Of a stretch of 64,000 nucleotides of DNA, positions 50,834 to 61,097 are shown in pieces; the first letter of the stretch is position 1, and each line of letters opens with the position of its first letter. The stretch is from assembly GCA_964455675.1 (NCBI GenBank), contig CAYVYK010000008.1, forward strand, positions 1-64,000, given 5' to 3'. The notes under the pieces were generated by a model that saw only the letters and a program-made list of their open reading frames with translations, was not told the DNA's origin and searched no databases. The position numbers and the translations under genes are program-made. The DNA comes from an uncultured Methanosarcinales archaeon. Lineage in GTDB: Archaea; Nanobdellota; Nanobdellia; Woesearchaeales; CAYVYK01.

Positions 50834-51317
50834 GAGCTCCCTCCATAGTCTTATGCAAGCGGTACTTCACCGTGTACACTGTCTTCACACTTAACCTGAG
50901 GGCTTTAGCAATATCCTTCGCTGACCATTTCCTCAGGAATAGCAAATAGCCGACAAGCGCTTCCTCAGCGGAGCACTTCTGATCACGGAAAATCATCACC
51001 GGAATGAATGAATCGGTCTCTTTGGCCTTTAACGCAAACGGCAGCTTCGCACGCGCATTGAGGCATGATGCACGGATGTTGCGCTGATCTCTCGCGAGTA
51101 GCGACGCAATTGTCGTGTAGCGCAGATGCTCATTCTCGCGAAGGTATTTGCATACAGCTTCGAGTGGTGTGAGACCGTATGAAAACACAGACAGAGGAAT
51201 CAGGTATGTCTTTTCCGCCAGACGAAATACGCTCGTCAGCGGCACTTTCTCCTTGAGCAAAAAGTCTAGCAAGAGAACATCATGATCCCTGTTCATATGC
51301 GCATTACTGTAATCCAC
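50826..51317 (-). CDS. Tandem HTH DNA-binding protein
   Basis: Two repeats IP...F....S.LEA...YL......IA..L; overlaps the adhesin start. Confidence 0.7.
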   Translation of the reverse strand: MDYSNAHMNRDHDVLLLDFLLKEKVPLTSVFRLAEKTYLIPLSVFSYGLTPLEAVCKYLRENEHLRYTTIASLLARDQRNIRASCLNARAKLPFALKAKETDSFIPVMIFRDQKCSAEEALVGYLLFLRKWSAKDIAKALRLSVKTVYTVKYRLHKTMEGAHG

Positions 51318-51476
51318 GCGTTTGGTAATACCTATTCCTCACATTTATTGTAGGATTATCGTATATGAATATTGTGATATACTACATGTTTTGTAAGAAT
51401 CAGTGTTTCATGTTTAAAAATATTGCGGTACTTGGCCATCCGAAAGATGTATAAAAGATATCATATCCTCAAAGGC

Positions 51477-52217
51477 GTGACAAGGACTCTCTACTCTGAT
51501 GTGGACGGCACACTCATCCACAGAGATGAAAGCGCCCAATCATTCCGGATCCTAGGAGGTTTTGGCATAACCCGCGGAGCTATCAAGCTTCTTTCCCAGA
51601 TACGGCAGCACATGCAGATCACCCTTGTTACCGGGCGAACACAAGAGAAATATGCTCTCGTATCAAAACTTATCCCTCACGACACTGCAATCCTTGAACA
51701 TGGATGCCTCGTCCTCTCTTCAGGCAACATCGACCAAGAATGGTATGCTGCGCTTCGCGTCGATGGATTACTTCGAGACTATGAAGCATACCTCCAAGGA
51801 TTAGGGTATCAGACCGACAGCAGAGGAAGACTTGCGAGCTTTCGGGTCTACCGCGATTTACCGCACACACTCACCGAAGAAGAGAAACAAACCATCGAAG
51901 GATTACCTCGACCTATGGAACTCGTACCCGTACGTAATATGAGTTTCCTTGATTTTATCCCTGCAGCCGGAGGAAAATCACATGCGATCAGATATGTTGA
52001 AGGAAAGACAAAATCTCGCGAATCCTTTGGCTTTGGTGACGATTACAACGACCTGGAAATGCTCGCGCTCGTGACGCACCCAATCACTCTTGGCTCCGCA
52101 AAACCAGAAGTACAACACGCCGTGGCGGCGCGCGGAGGATACGTGGCACGCGGCGGGTATCACACAGGGACAATCGAAGCATTGACGTATATTCTGAATA
52201 CTTGTCACCACGGATGA
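51477..52217 (+). CDS. HAD-IIB (Cof-like) phosphatase
   Basis: DVDGT, TGR, K..A and GDDYND motifs. Confidence 0.85.
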   Translation: MTRTLYSDVDGTLIHRDESAQSFRILGGFGITRGAIKLLSQIRQHMQITLVTGRTQEKYALVSKLIPHDTAILEHGCLVLSSGNIDQEWYAALRVDGLLRDYEAYLQGLGYQTDSRGRLASFRVYRDLPHTLTEEEKQTIEGLPRPMELVPVRNMSFLDFIPAAGGKSHAIRYVEGKTKSRESFGFGDDYNDLEMLALVTHPITLGSAKPEVQHAVAARGGYVARGGYHTGTIEALTYILNTCHHG

Positions 52218-52274
52218 GACGCCAAGCACAAAGCTTGCGTCCTCCATTACGAATCGGAACGAAGGAGAAAAAAA

Positions 52275-52374
52275 NNNNNNNNNNNNNNNNNNNNNNNNNN
52301 NNNNNNNNNNNNNNNNNNNNNNNNNNNNNNNNNNNNNNNNNNNNNNNNNNNNNNNNNNNNNNNNNNNNNNNNNN
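52275..52374. other. Scaffold gap (100 N)
   Basis: Run of N. Confidence 1.
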
Positions 52375-52375
52375 A

Positions 52376-52496
52376 CGCCGGCGCCCAGATTTGAACTGGG
52401 AAATCCTTTCGGAAACAAGCTCACTTCACTCACGTTCGGGACTTGCCCGAGTGCAAGTTTCCAGGCTTGCGCAGTACCAGGTTGTGCCACGCCGGC
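52376..52496 (-). tRNA. trnS: tRNA-Ser(GGA) with 37-nt intron (52422..52458)
   Basis: GCCGGCG/CGCCGGC-G acceptor, CAAGC-CT-GGA-A[intron]A-GCTTG, long variable arm TCC-GAAA-GGA, TTCAAAT. Confidence 0.88.
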
Positions 52497-52549
52497 AACT
52501 AGCACGCTGAGGTTCAAGCTCCTTTTTAAAGGTTCTGAGAGATACAGCT

Positions 52550-55500
52550 TCAGGAAGAAGGCTTCATGTGCTTGTCCAGCTGTTCGTCCGTCCAGCCTGC
52601 CTTCTTCAGCTGCTCACGGATTTTCATTTCTGAGATACCGATTTTCCTCTGCTGCTGCAGGAATTTATGTAACGGATCAAACTGATGGCTGCGCACAATG
52701 AGCAGGGTTATGGATGAGATGATGATAATACCAAACGCAGAGGCCATCAGCAACAGAGGCGTATGGTCTCTCACCACATCAGGGACTTTTGCGAGCTCGA
52801 CGGTTCGGGGGCTTTCCTCACAAGGCTCACATGGACCGCCGCAGTCAATTGTCGTTTCGCCCTCATCAAGAAGACCGTTCCCACAGGAATCCTGTAATTG
52901 TTCCTCTGTGCAATTCTCATGATGGAACTCCTCATCGGAACCAGGTTCACAATGATTCATTTCCGTACAATTCCTTATGCGCGTGCCATTCACGCACTCG
53001 GACCATTCACTGCACGTCCAGTTGAACACGCACGGAGCAATCGTCGGAGTCGGAGGGACCCATCCCATCGCGGCGCCGCCGGACCTGCCACCAGAACCTC
53101 CACCAGGACTTCCACCACCAGGGGAGCCAGTATCACAGGACCCAAAACCTTCATCGATATTGCCGTCACAGTCATCATCAATACTATTGCAGGATTCCTG
53201 ATACAAACCCTGGTAGGAGTACTGATCGCACAGATCAGTGTGGAGTATACAATACTCACTCAGGGACATCGCGAACTCATTACTCTCATCAGTATAGACA
53301 AAGATCCCATGATTTGCGTTAAACCAATAGTCAACATTATCAAACAGTGTTTGTGCGGTCCAAATCGCAGGGCCCGTGCCATCATGATCAAAATCAGTGT
53401 ATTCACAGTAGGTCTCTCCTTCCGTGTCCCCAAGCATGCAATCACTCGATATACGATCAACTCGATAACAGTCCGGATCCGTGGTCCCCCAAATCCCTGC
53501 AACCTCAAAACCGCTCGTGAGGAATGGACCAAGCCGGGACGTACAATCAAAATAGGTGTCCTCGGTGATGAGGTTCTTTCCAAGTTGGTTAAACTCCTGA
53601 TATAGCAAATGAGGATAGTACACAGAAGTATTCATGGCGGGCAGATAGAAACTGGCCGTCCTCACTCCGCGCGTGGCGAGGGCGCCTGCAATCGCCGAAT
53701 GAACACTGTCGTAGATTTCATCGTCCGCATTCCAAATGGTATACCCTACCTTCGATCTGCTATCTGGCGCGTAATCCTCGGCGTCGAGTCCCGTGAGCGG
53801 AACACCAAGCTCGTTTGCCTCCTCGCGCAACCTCCTCAGGAACCACTCATAGTACTCAGCGTCGTGCACAATGCTTCCATCTGTGTACTCATCTTTAAAC
53901 GGCTGAGCGAAAGGCTGAGCGCTCACATTGCCATCCTGGAACCAGAGATCACGCCCCCAGATAGGAATCAATCCAGCATCACGGACTTCCTGAATAATAT
54001 GAGTATTCGGTTCTGAAGTTGGCTGTTCATTATAATCAAGATTACTGATGTAGACGTGGGTAACTAGGCCCGATGCTTTAAGAGAGGGGAAGATACTCGT
54101 GTCCTCACCCCACCGATGCATCCAGATGAAAACCTTCTCCGACGGAACTTGCGCACATGACGGCTCACGAGAACTCAACCCCTCAAGGGTTGTGAAGTTG
54201 TCAACAACGCCCCAGATGACTTCATGTTCAAGCTCCGCACCATTCGATGACCGAATCCTGAATTCGTAGTCGGTGTACTCTGTCAAATTATCAAGCAGCA
54301 AGCGGTGCGAAGTCACGAGCTCGGAACTCGCCACGATTCCATCGGGACCATCAGGGTAGCGCTCGGGATTTGGGGATTCCCACCAATACCCATTCGAGGT
54401 GTACGCAACTTCCGACGTGCTCGGATCAGCGGTAGTCCAGGAGATGTTCACTGCCGTTGAGTTGATGTGGATAACCGCAACATTATCCGGAAGGCGGAAC
54501 CAAGGGGCCTCCCAATCAACGTAGGGGTCAGCCGTGATTTCACCAGCAGCATACCGCGCTTTTACGACGTCATAAAACGGTTTGTACCAAGCCCAGGTAG
54601 CATAGGTTTTATCCACCGAATACACCCATCCATAGAGATTCTCACCAAGCACACGATGCAACTCTTGCCTTGAGATGGCAAGGCTTCGATTCTCTGGCAG
54701 AATCTCGGAACCATACACCTGCGACAATCCATACCCTGATGTGAAGTAACGCACGTAAGGATCATTTGGCGAATCCACCATCGCCATATCACCGGTCTCA
54801 CCGACAAGTGCATAATCAACGTATGCATCAATCATGACCGCCTTGAGTCCATTATATTCTGGATACGTGTCCCAAACATCAACGGACTCATGATGAATAA
54901 TGATCCCCTCATCACCCAGCTCTCTCCTAACTGTCTTAATAAACTCATAATTATCCGCAAGATTCCCAAAGTTGATACCCGCATTATCAAAATACCACCC
55001 GTCGAGGTCGTACTCCTCACGGAATTGCTCCATAACATAGAAGGTATCTGCGAGCGACTGACCAGTCGCGGGATATCCGGGGAATCCATTGCCATCAGGA
55101 TCAAAGCCAGGAGCACCGAAGTACGTAAGCACCTTAAGTCCATTCTCATGCGCAGTAGCGATGAATGCCTTTACCGCGGCAGGATCAGCATACTCATAAC
55201 CATACAGTCCTTCCCTTGCGATCCAAGGACTTACACCACTATCCATGATGGCGGGAAGATGCGAGATGGGTCCAGGCCGATTATAGAATGTACTGAACAG
55301 AAGGACCGCGCCAAAACCCTCATCACGATAACTCTGCATGTTGTCCACGATTCGCTCGAGTCCGTCAGGCGCGTAGGCAAAATACACAAACGGCTTTGTA
55401 TCCTCGCCGTAGAGGCCGTCAAAGTCAAACGGTTTTGGCGGGAAGACCATATGACCCATGCTCATTCCAGGGAAGAATCCAAAGGTTGTGAAGTCAGACG

Positions 55501-58500
55501 TTTGACCAAGCACAAGCGGAGCGCCGCTACTGAACTTTGCATGGAGCGAACCACCCAAACCATCCGTCCACATCCTATTAAGGTTGTCGTCCTCCCTTCT
55601 CCAGGTAGTATCCTCAATCAGATTCGTGTGTGTGTAGCCCATGACATTCAAGGCAGTTATCGAGAAGAAGGAATCGCTAAAAAACCTGAAGTCAGCTAGG
55701 TTCGTATGCACGGAAGCTTCAGAAGAATTCCAATCAGTAATGGATGGATCACCAAGGGGAGCGGTAAAATCGAGCCTGGCAACAAGCCTAGGGTTAATGC
55801 CATTTGTTGAGGGATCAATTTTTCTCCACATCTCCAAATCCGTGCTCGTGAGAACATATGTCGCACCAGTCGTCTCAATTGTTATCTCTCCCGTATCACC
55901 CACAACTGAGACAATCTCCATCCCAGATAGGATTTCATCGCATGGCACAACCGATACTGGCATCCCCGTAGTAGTACCACAGTCATTCTCATCAAACACT
56001 TCCCTCGTCCTTGCGCCTTCACTACAAGAACTCCATTCGCCCATCTGCCAGTCAGGAGCGCACTCACGCTCAACAATGGAAAGCGCATCCATCGGAATTG
56101 ATACTGTTTCTCCATTCCAACCAAATGTTAAACCATTCTGCTCGAAGGGATTATCGATCGCAAACAGAGTCACACCATCATTTGCTATGAAGCGGCGTAC
56201 TTCAACACCATCCGGAATGCTTGTGATACCTCTCGTACTACGATAGATTGGCTCTCTTGCCCACCAGTTGTGGGCAGTACGAAGCTCTATCGCATTGATC
56301 AGGAATTCGTTCGTCACTCCTCCATATGCCACGCCGGGACTATCAAACTTCGCGCCAAGAAGGAACGCCTGACGCTCAGCAAAATGATTATGAGCAGCGC
56401 CATAAAGATCGTACTCACCATTCTGATAGCCATAGAAGAGAATACGATCCCCAAGGAGGTATCTCCCAAAATCTGCCACGGTGATCCTGTCTGAATTCTC
56501 GACGGTATGACCTTCCTCCATCGCGATACTCCCACCACGAATGTTACCGCTGATCAGGAAGGCAGCCGGATAGACATCTTTTGCAAACTCAAGGACGGAC
56601 ATTCCTGGAAGCTGTGCCTTGATGATATTCGCGATGTCAAGTGGCGGACCAAAGTTCCTCGCCCCGAGCACATCGAGGTAGTACGCATTCGCGCCGTTTG
56701 CGGTGTGAACTGCAATCCACCCGATCAAGTACTCGAGCGGCGTTTCACTTTCGGCATCCCAATCGTCATACTCAGTCGTGTCCGTCAACTCATGATACTC
56801 ACCCCAGGAGTAGTGATTCAGCGGGCGGCTGTAGAAGCCAACAGTTGCTCCTTGAGCTTTGATAGCATCAATGTATGCAGGAAGATCAGCATAACGCGGA
56901 TGCAAGGTACGCTCGCCAAAACAACACCCCAGCCATTCACCCACCTCGAGCGGGGGAGTGCCTTCATAATCATCAGCAGGAGGAGTGATCCCATTCCATG
57001 GAACGTAGTCAAGGAAGTTCACAGGCTCAACTTGCCCATAATTACTCATCTGACCCCAGAACTGCAGCCAGGGAAGATAGTCCTTTGAAGACTGCCAATG
57101 AGAGTCGATCTCGGTTGTCGTGAACGCTGGTCGGTTCTGGAGATGGATCGCAAGCCATCCATTCGCAGACTTCAAGGAATCAGGATACTCTATAGGAAGA
57201 AGACCCTCAGAGGACATATGATCTCTCAGCCACGCATCGTACACATCGAGCGCCGCATGCCAAGGCTTGATGCCCTGCTCAGCATTACCCGCAACTTCCG
57301 CAATAAATGCATTGTACGTCTCAGATTCTCCGGGAAGCACGGCATCCTCATAGAGCAGACGCGACCTCTTAAAGCACGCCATTGGCTTTACCGTCCTTGG
57401 CGGCCAATTCGCGGCAGCCACGAGTTTTGCCTTCGTATCATCAGCAACAACATGCAGCGGAGCATACGTTACGTTCGGATACACCAAACCAGACCAGCCC
57501 CATGTTGTGACATCAAAAGTCGTCATCAATCGCGCAGTACCAAAAAGGTAGGTATCATAGAGCGTGTCATCCTCGGTTACTGAATCAAGCATATATTTGT
57601 AATACTCAAAAGGAAAATCAACACCCGTGATCGTCAGGCTCGGATGGATGTTCTGCAGCGTCAGAGACCACTCGTACTCACCCACCTGCTCGACCGTGGC
57701 GTCAATATAGGAATCATGATACGTGCGCACGGGACCTGGATTACCCGCGCTGTTCAGATAGTACACATGATTACCGTCGCTCAAGCGGATGTGAAAGGCT
57801 GGACCATACTCATCATAAGGATCCAATGGGAAGGAATCAACACCATCGGACCTCGCGTCATCGTCGGAATCAGCATCAAGAGGATCAGAATCAGCGTAAT
57901 ACTCCTCCAGGTTTACCAGCCTGTCACCATCAGGATCATCCTCGGCATCATAACTTGTGATTGCATCAAAGTGGTCCAACTCCCAGCTGTCGGGCAGACC
58001 ATCACCATCGGTATCACACGAAATAGGACAACTACCACCGCAGTCAATACCTTCCTCATCGCCGTCCTGGATGCCGTTGTTACAGTTTCCGTCCTCAGCG
58101 CTTAGATATTCAAACGCCCCAACGTCAGGCGCAGCACCATACCACTCCTTACAGTCCTCGCCTGGATGGGAACCAGCGGACTCGCAATGGTAACCGGCGA
58201 TAAACGAACCTGCATCAATCGCAGCGCTGCCAGAAGTGAGATGATAATCATTCAATCCGAGATCCACAAATCCAGGATCAGCAGAAAAAGTACTGCCATC
58301 AAGGAGAGGAACAGAACCATCATTCACCTCTGCGTTCGTGTAATGAAGACCATCATTCCAGTGGATGACCGGATCCAGCTCACGAAAGAGGATGTTGTTG
58401 CCTTCATCGACATACACGCATTCCGCAGTCGGACTTGGGCACGCTTGCGGACTCGTTGTCAAGGCACGATGCTCATTCTCGGGACCATAGATGGCATAGT

Positions 58501-60004
58501 TGTCAGGAAACGCACTCACAATACTATCAAAGTACATCGTACTGCCTTCTTCACCACCTTGATTCGACGCAAGCCACATGTTGATCTTGCCACCAACGAT
58601 CGTGGAATGCGAGATGTGAGCCTCACCTGGGACACCAATGTCGTTATCACCATGCCGAACATTCAGCGTCATCGCGCCAAGAGGACAGTCATACAACACA
58701 AGTCCACGAACATAAAAAGGACCACTCCACATCTTGAACCCAGCGCCAGCACCGTAGTCATAACCGATGGTGTAGATTGTAGCATCCTCAACCGTGATGT
58801 TGTACGGCCCAGCATTCGTCAGGTCAAGACCTTCACCGGTATCATGGATGGTCACGTTCTTAATGAAGAGGCCAGTCACTTCACCTGTTGGAGTCGTCTC
58901 AATTCCAGCCTGCTCCATATTTGAGATGATTACGTTCCTCACCGTCACGTTCGGACACCCACGGTCAATCCCGATACCATGCCTGCCAATGCCCCCACCA
59001 TCAATCACCACATTCTCGATAATCGCCCTCCATGATTCAACAAGCCGAATACCGTCCTTACCATACCCAGGATCAGGAGCGATGCTGCTTGGCGAATGGA
59101 TGTACAAATTCCGCAGAAGCTGATCAGATCTAACGCCCCAATTATCCAGGATGGCGGGTTCAATGTACCCAGTGATTTCAAAACCATCCACGGTCCACAT
59201 GGACGACTCCAGCTGAATTATTGGCTCTTTTATTACAGAGTCATAATGAATGTGTGGGCTCTCGCCAGGATAGCTCATCAGCACCTTCCTCTCAATTTCT
59301 GATCCTGCGAGGTGCAACGGAGTGCTTAATGTGTATAAACCGTCCCTGACTTGAATGATAACGCCCGGAGAGATACTGCTCACAGCTTCCCCGATTGTAT
59401 TGTATGAATCACCATCCGAACCCGAACAGTCGCGGGCTGCAATGGAATACGATCCAGCACAGTCCTGACCTGGAGCCTGATCAACAAAGATCGCATCACA
59501 CTCCACAGGGCAGGATCCACCGCAATCAACACCGTACTCATCGCCATCCTGGACGCCGTTTGAGCACGAGGGATCGCCGAGAATAAAGAATGACTCATCT
59601 GACCCATCGGGTTCATCATCCCTCAGTTCGCTGACTCCCCCAACCGACAAACCTGGATCCGCATCATCCAAGCGCGGAACGGGTTGAAACCACGCATTCT
59701 CACGAGTTGAGAACGCAAATGGTGAACTCAAAGGGTCAACATCAGGTTCCCCTACTCCACAGGAACGGAGTGTGGGAGGAGGCTCAACACCTCCGCAACG
59801 GTTCAGATCCTCGCAGATACGCGTTTCCCGATCGCTCGAGCACAAACTCCAAGCGGTACAGCGCCATTCCGGCATACAATCCTGAATACCTATGGCGAAT
59901 ACATCCTTGACATTCGCACCACTCACAGAATCTGGGATACCGCTCGCGATACAACAGAGTAGAATCACCACTAGACCGATTACAGTCCTTTTCCCAACTC
60001 CCAT
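52550..60004 (-). CDS. Giant modular surface protein, about 2484 aa (beta-helix, putative glycoside-hydrolase-like domains, FN3-like, Cys-rich repeats, C-terminal TM)
   Basis: Signal peptide; beta-helix repeats and DYHL...S.AIDAG; DTDGDG repeats; YYLD, GWYFD and GLDAE catalytic-looking strands; TM plus LKKAGW tail. Confidence 0.8.
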   Translation of the reverse strand: MGVGKRTVIGLVVILLCCIASGIPDSVSGANVKDVFAIGIQDCMPEWRCTAWSLCSSDRETRICEDLNRCGGVEPPPTLRSCGVGEPDVDPLSSPFAFSTRENAWFQPVPRLDDADPGLSVGGVSELRDDEPDGSDESFFILGDPSCSNGVQDGDEYGVDCGGSCPVECDAIFVDQAPGQDCAGSYSIAARDCSGSDGDSYNTIGEAVSSISPGVIIQVRDGLYTLSTPLHLAGSEIERKVLMSYPGESPHIHYDSVIKEPIIQLESSMWTVDGFEITGYIEPAILDNWGVRSDQLLRNLYIHSPSSIAPDPGYGKDGIRLVESWRAIIENVVIDGGGIGRHGIGIDRGCPNVTVRNVIISNMEQAGIETTPTGEVTGLFIKNVTIHDTGEGLDLTNAGPYNITVEDATIYTIGYDYGAGAGFKMWSGPFYVRGLVLYDCPLGAMTLNVRHGDNDIGVPGEAHISHSTIVGGKINMWLASNQGGEEGSTMYFDSIVSAFPDNYAIYGPENEHRALTTSPQACPSPTAECVYVDEGNNILFRELDPVIHWNDGLHYTNAEVNDGSVPLLDGSTFSADPGFVDLGLNDYHLTSGSAAIDAGSFIAGYHCESAGSHPGEDCKEWYGAAPDVGAFEYLSAEDGNCNNGIQDGDEEGIDCGGSCPISCDTDGDGLPDSWELDHFDAITSYDAEDDPDGDRLVNLEEYYADSDPLDADSDDDARSDGVDSFPLDPYDEYGPAFHIRLSDGNHVYYLNSAGNPGPVRTYHDSYIDATVEQVGEYEWSLTLQNIHPSLTITGVDFPFEYYKYMLDSVTEDDTLYDTYLFGTARLMTTFDVTTWGWSGLVYPNVTYAPLHVVADDTKAKLVAAANWPPRTVKPMACFKRSRLLYEDAVLPGESETYNAFIAEVAGNAEQGIKPWHAALDVYDAWLRDHMSSEGLLPIEYPDSLKSANGWLAIHLQNRPAFTTTEIDSHWQSSKDYLPWLQFWGQMSNYGQVEPVNFLDYVPWNGITPPADDYEGTPPLEVGEWLGCCFGERTLHPRYADLPAYIDAIKAQGATVGFYSRPLNHYSWGEYHELTDTTEYDDWDAESETPLEYLIGWIAVHTANGANAYYLDVLGARNFGPPLDIANIIKAQLPGMSVLEFAKDVYPAAFLISGNIRGGSIAMEEGHTVENSDRITVADFGRYLLGDRILFYGYQNGEYDLYGAAHNHFAERQAFLLGAKFDSPGVAYGGVTNEFLINAIELRTAHNWWAREPIYRSTRGITSIPDGVEVRRFIANDGVTLFAIDNPFEQNGLTFGWNGETVSIPMDALSIVERECAPDWQMGEWSSCSEGARTREVFDENDCGTTTGMPVSVVPCDEILSGMEIVSVVGDTGEITIETTGATYVLTSTDLEMWRKIDPSTNGINPRLVARLDFTAPLGDPSITDWNSSEASVHTNLADFRFFSDSFFSITALNVMGYTHTNLIEDTTWRREDDNLNRMWTDGLGGSLHAKFSSGAPLVLGQTSDFTTFGFFPGMSMGHMVFPPKPFDFDGLYGEDTKPFVYFAYAPDGLERIVDNMQSYRDEGFGAVLLFSTFYNRPGPISHLPAIMDSGVSPWIAREGLYGYEYADPAAVKAFIATAHENGLKVLTYFGAPGFDPDGNGFPGYPATGQSLADTFYVMEQFREEYDLDGWYFDNAGINFGNLADNYEFIKTVRRELGDEGIIIHHESVDVWDTYPEYNGLKAVMIDAYVDYALVGETGDMAMVDSPNDPYVRYFTSGYGLSQVYGSEILPENRSLAISRQELHRVLGENLYGWVYSVDKTYATWAWYKPFYDVVKARYAAGEITADPYVDWEAPWFRLPDNVAVIHINSTAVNISWTTADPSTSEVAYTSNGYWWESPNPERYPDGPDGIVASSELVTSHRLLLDNLTEYTDYEFRIRSSNGAELEHEVIWGVVDNFTTLEGLSSREPSCAQVPSEKVFIWMHRWGEDTSIFPSLKASGLVTHVYISNLDYNEQPTSEPNTHIIQEVRDAGLIPIWGRDLWFQDGNVSAQPFAQPFKDEYTDGSIVHDAEYYEWFLRRLREEANELGVPLTGLDAEDYAPDSRSKVGYTIWNADDEIYDSVHSAIAGALATRGVRTASFYLPAMNTSVYYPHLLYQEFNQLGKNLITEDTYFDCTSRLGPFLTSGFEVAGIWGTTDPDCYRVDRISSDCMLGDTEGETYCEYTDFDHDGTGPAIWTAQTLFDNVDYWFNANHGIFVYTDESNEFAMSLSEYCILHTDLCDQYSYQGLYQESCNSIDDDCDGNIDEGFGSCDTGSPGGGSPGGGSGGRSGGAAMGWVPPTPTIAPCVFNWTCSEWSECVNGTRIRNCTEMNHCEPGSDEEFHHENCTEEQLQDSCGNGLLDEGETTIDCGGPCEPCEESPRTVELAKVPDVVRDHTPLLLMASAFGIIIISSITLLIVRSHQFDPLHKFLQQQRKIGISEMKIREQLKKAGWTDEQLDKHMKPSS

Positions 60005-60164
60005 CACGAGGAAAGTACCCGCATTGGTATATAAATAAGATTCCTCACAGCAGAGTGAATACCTACGCGTACCACAGATGAATCTCGATAGACGGATAGT
60101 GAATACAAAATACCGGATTAACAACTCCGCAAATTTATATACAAGAAACCACTGAAGTATCGAT

Positions 60165-60860
60165 ATGCGTTATGACGAGATACGGTCAAGCGAGATCATC
60201 AGCACGATCGAGCAGATCACTCTCACGATCAAACGGCAATTCCCGGATTCTGGGCTTTCCAAGATATCTGCCGCGATGGAAGAGTCCGCAAAGAAGATGG
60301 ACCAAAATATCGCACTGACGCTCCGCCCAAGAATATGGCTTCGCGCGATCAGCGTCATCCTCACTATCCTCCTCATCATTTGCGCAGGAATCCTGCTTAT
60401 CCTATTTGTTCAGATGATTCACAACGAGCTCACCCAGAGATTTGCAATCGAGGAGTTCATGCAGGGGATCGAGGCGTTCATCTCCGCGCTCGTGCTCATT
60501 GGGGGCGGACTTTACTTCGTTGTCACGAGCGAGAATAAGATTCGACGCAAAGAAGCGCTTGTGCAACTCAATACCCTCCGGGCGTACGCGCACGTGATCG
60601 ACCTCCACCAGCTGAAGAAGGATCCAACAATATCTGGACGAACAAAACTTGACAAGAAGAAAGTTGCCGAATACCTAGACTACTGCAGCGACCTTATGAG
60701 CATTCTTGGCAAAATGGCCGCATACTATGACATGCACATCGATGATTCTATAGTGCGCGAATCAGCGGCTGATGTAGAAAACCTCACGACAGGGCTCTCG
60801 CGAAAGATCTGGCAGAAGATCATGACAGGCCAGATCATTAGGAAAGACCATACACTCTAA
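60165..60860 (+). CDS. Conserved membrane protein
   Basis: Two TM helices; LR..AHVID.HQL.KDP and YLDYCS motifs. Confidence 0.75.
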   Translation: MRYDEIRSSEIISTIEQITLTIKRQFPDSGLSKISAAMEESAKKMDQNIALTLRPRIWLRAISVILTILLIICAGILLILFVQMIHNELTQRFAIEEFMQGIEAFISALVLIGGGLYFVVTSENKIRRKEALVQLNTLRAYAHVIDLHQLKKDPTISGRTKLDKKKVAEYLDYCSDLMSILGKMAAYYDMHIDDSIVRESAADVENLTTGLSRKIWQKIMTGQIIRKDHTL

Positions 60861-61097
60861 TATCTATTGCACACCTCCTGGATATATCACCAGTATGTGA
60901 TGATACAGCACTAGTATGATACAGCAATAAAAAGAATATTAGTATTGGATCGTCCACAAATACGGTCTTTAAGCTTACAGTATACAGTTTACCACTCCAT
61001 AGTTCTTATAATCCTTTAAATAGAATGCTTGGCAAAATCCATAAACGCTCGATAAGGTAAGGACTATCCTATATCAAGGGAGCTATGAGGTGATCGC

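Noticed and set aside
51978..52517. ORFs spanning the N gap
   Set aside because: Artefacts of the Ns; they overlap tRNA-Ser.
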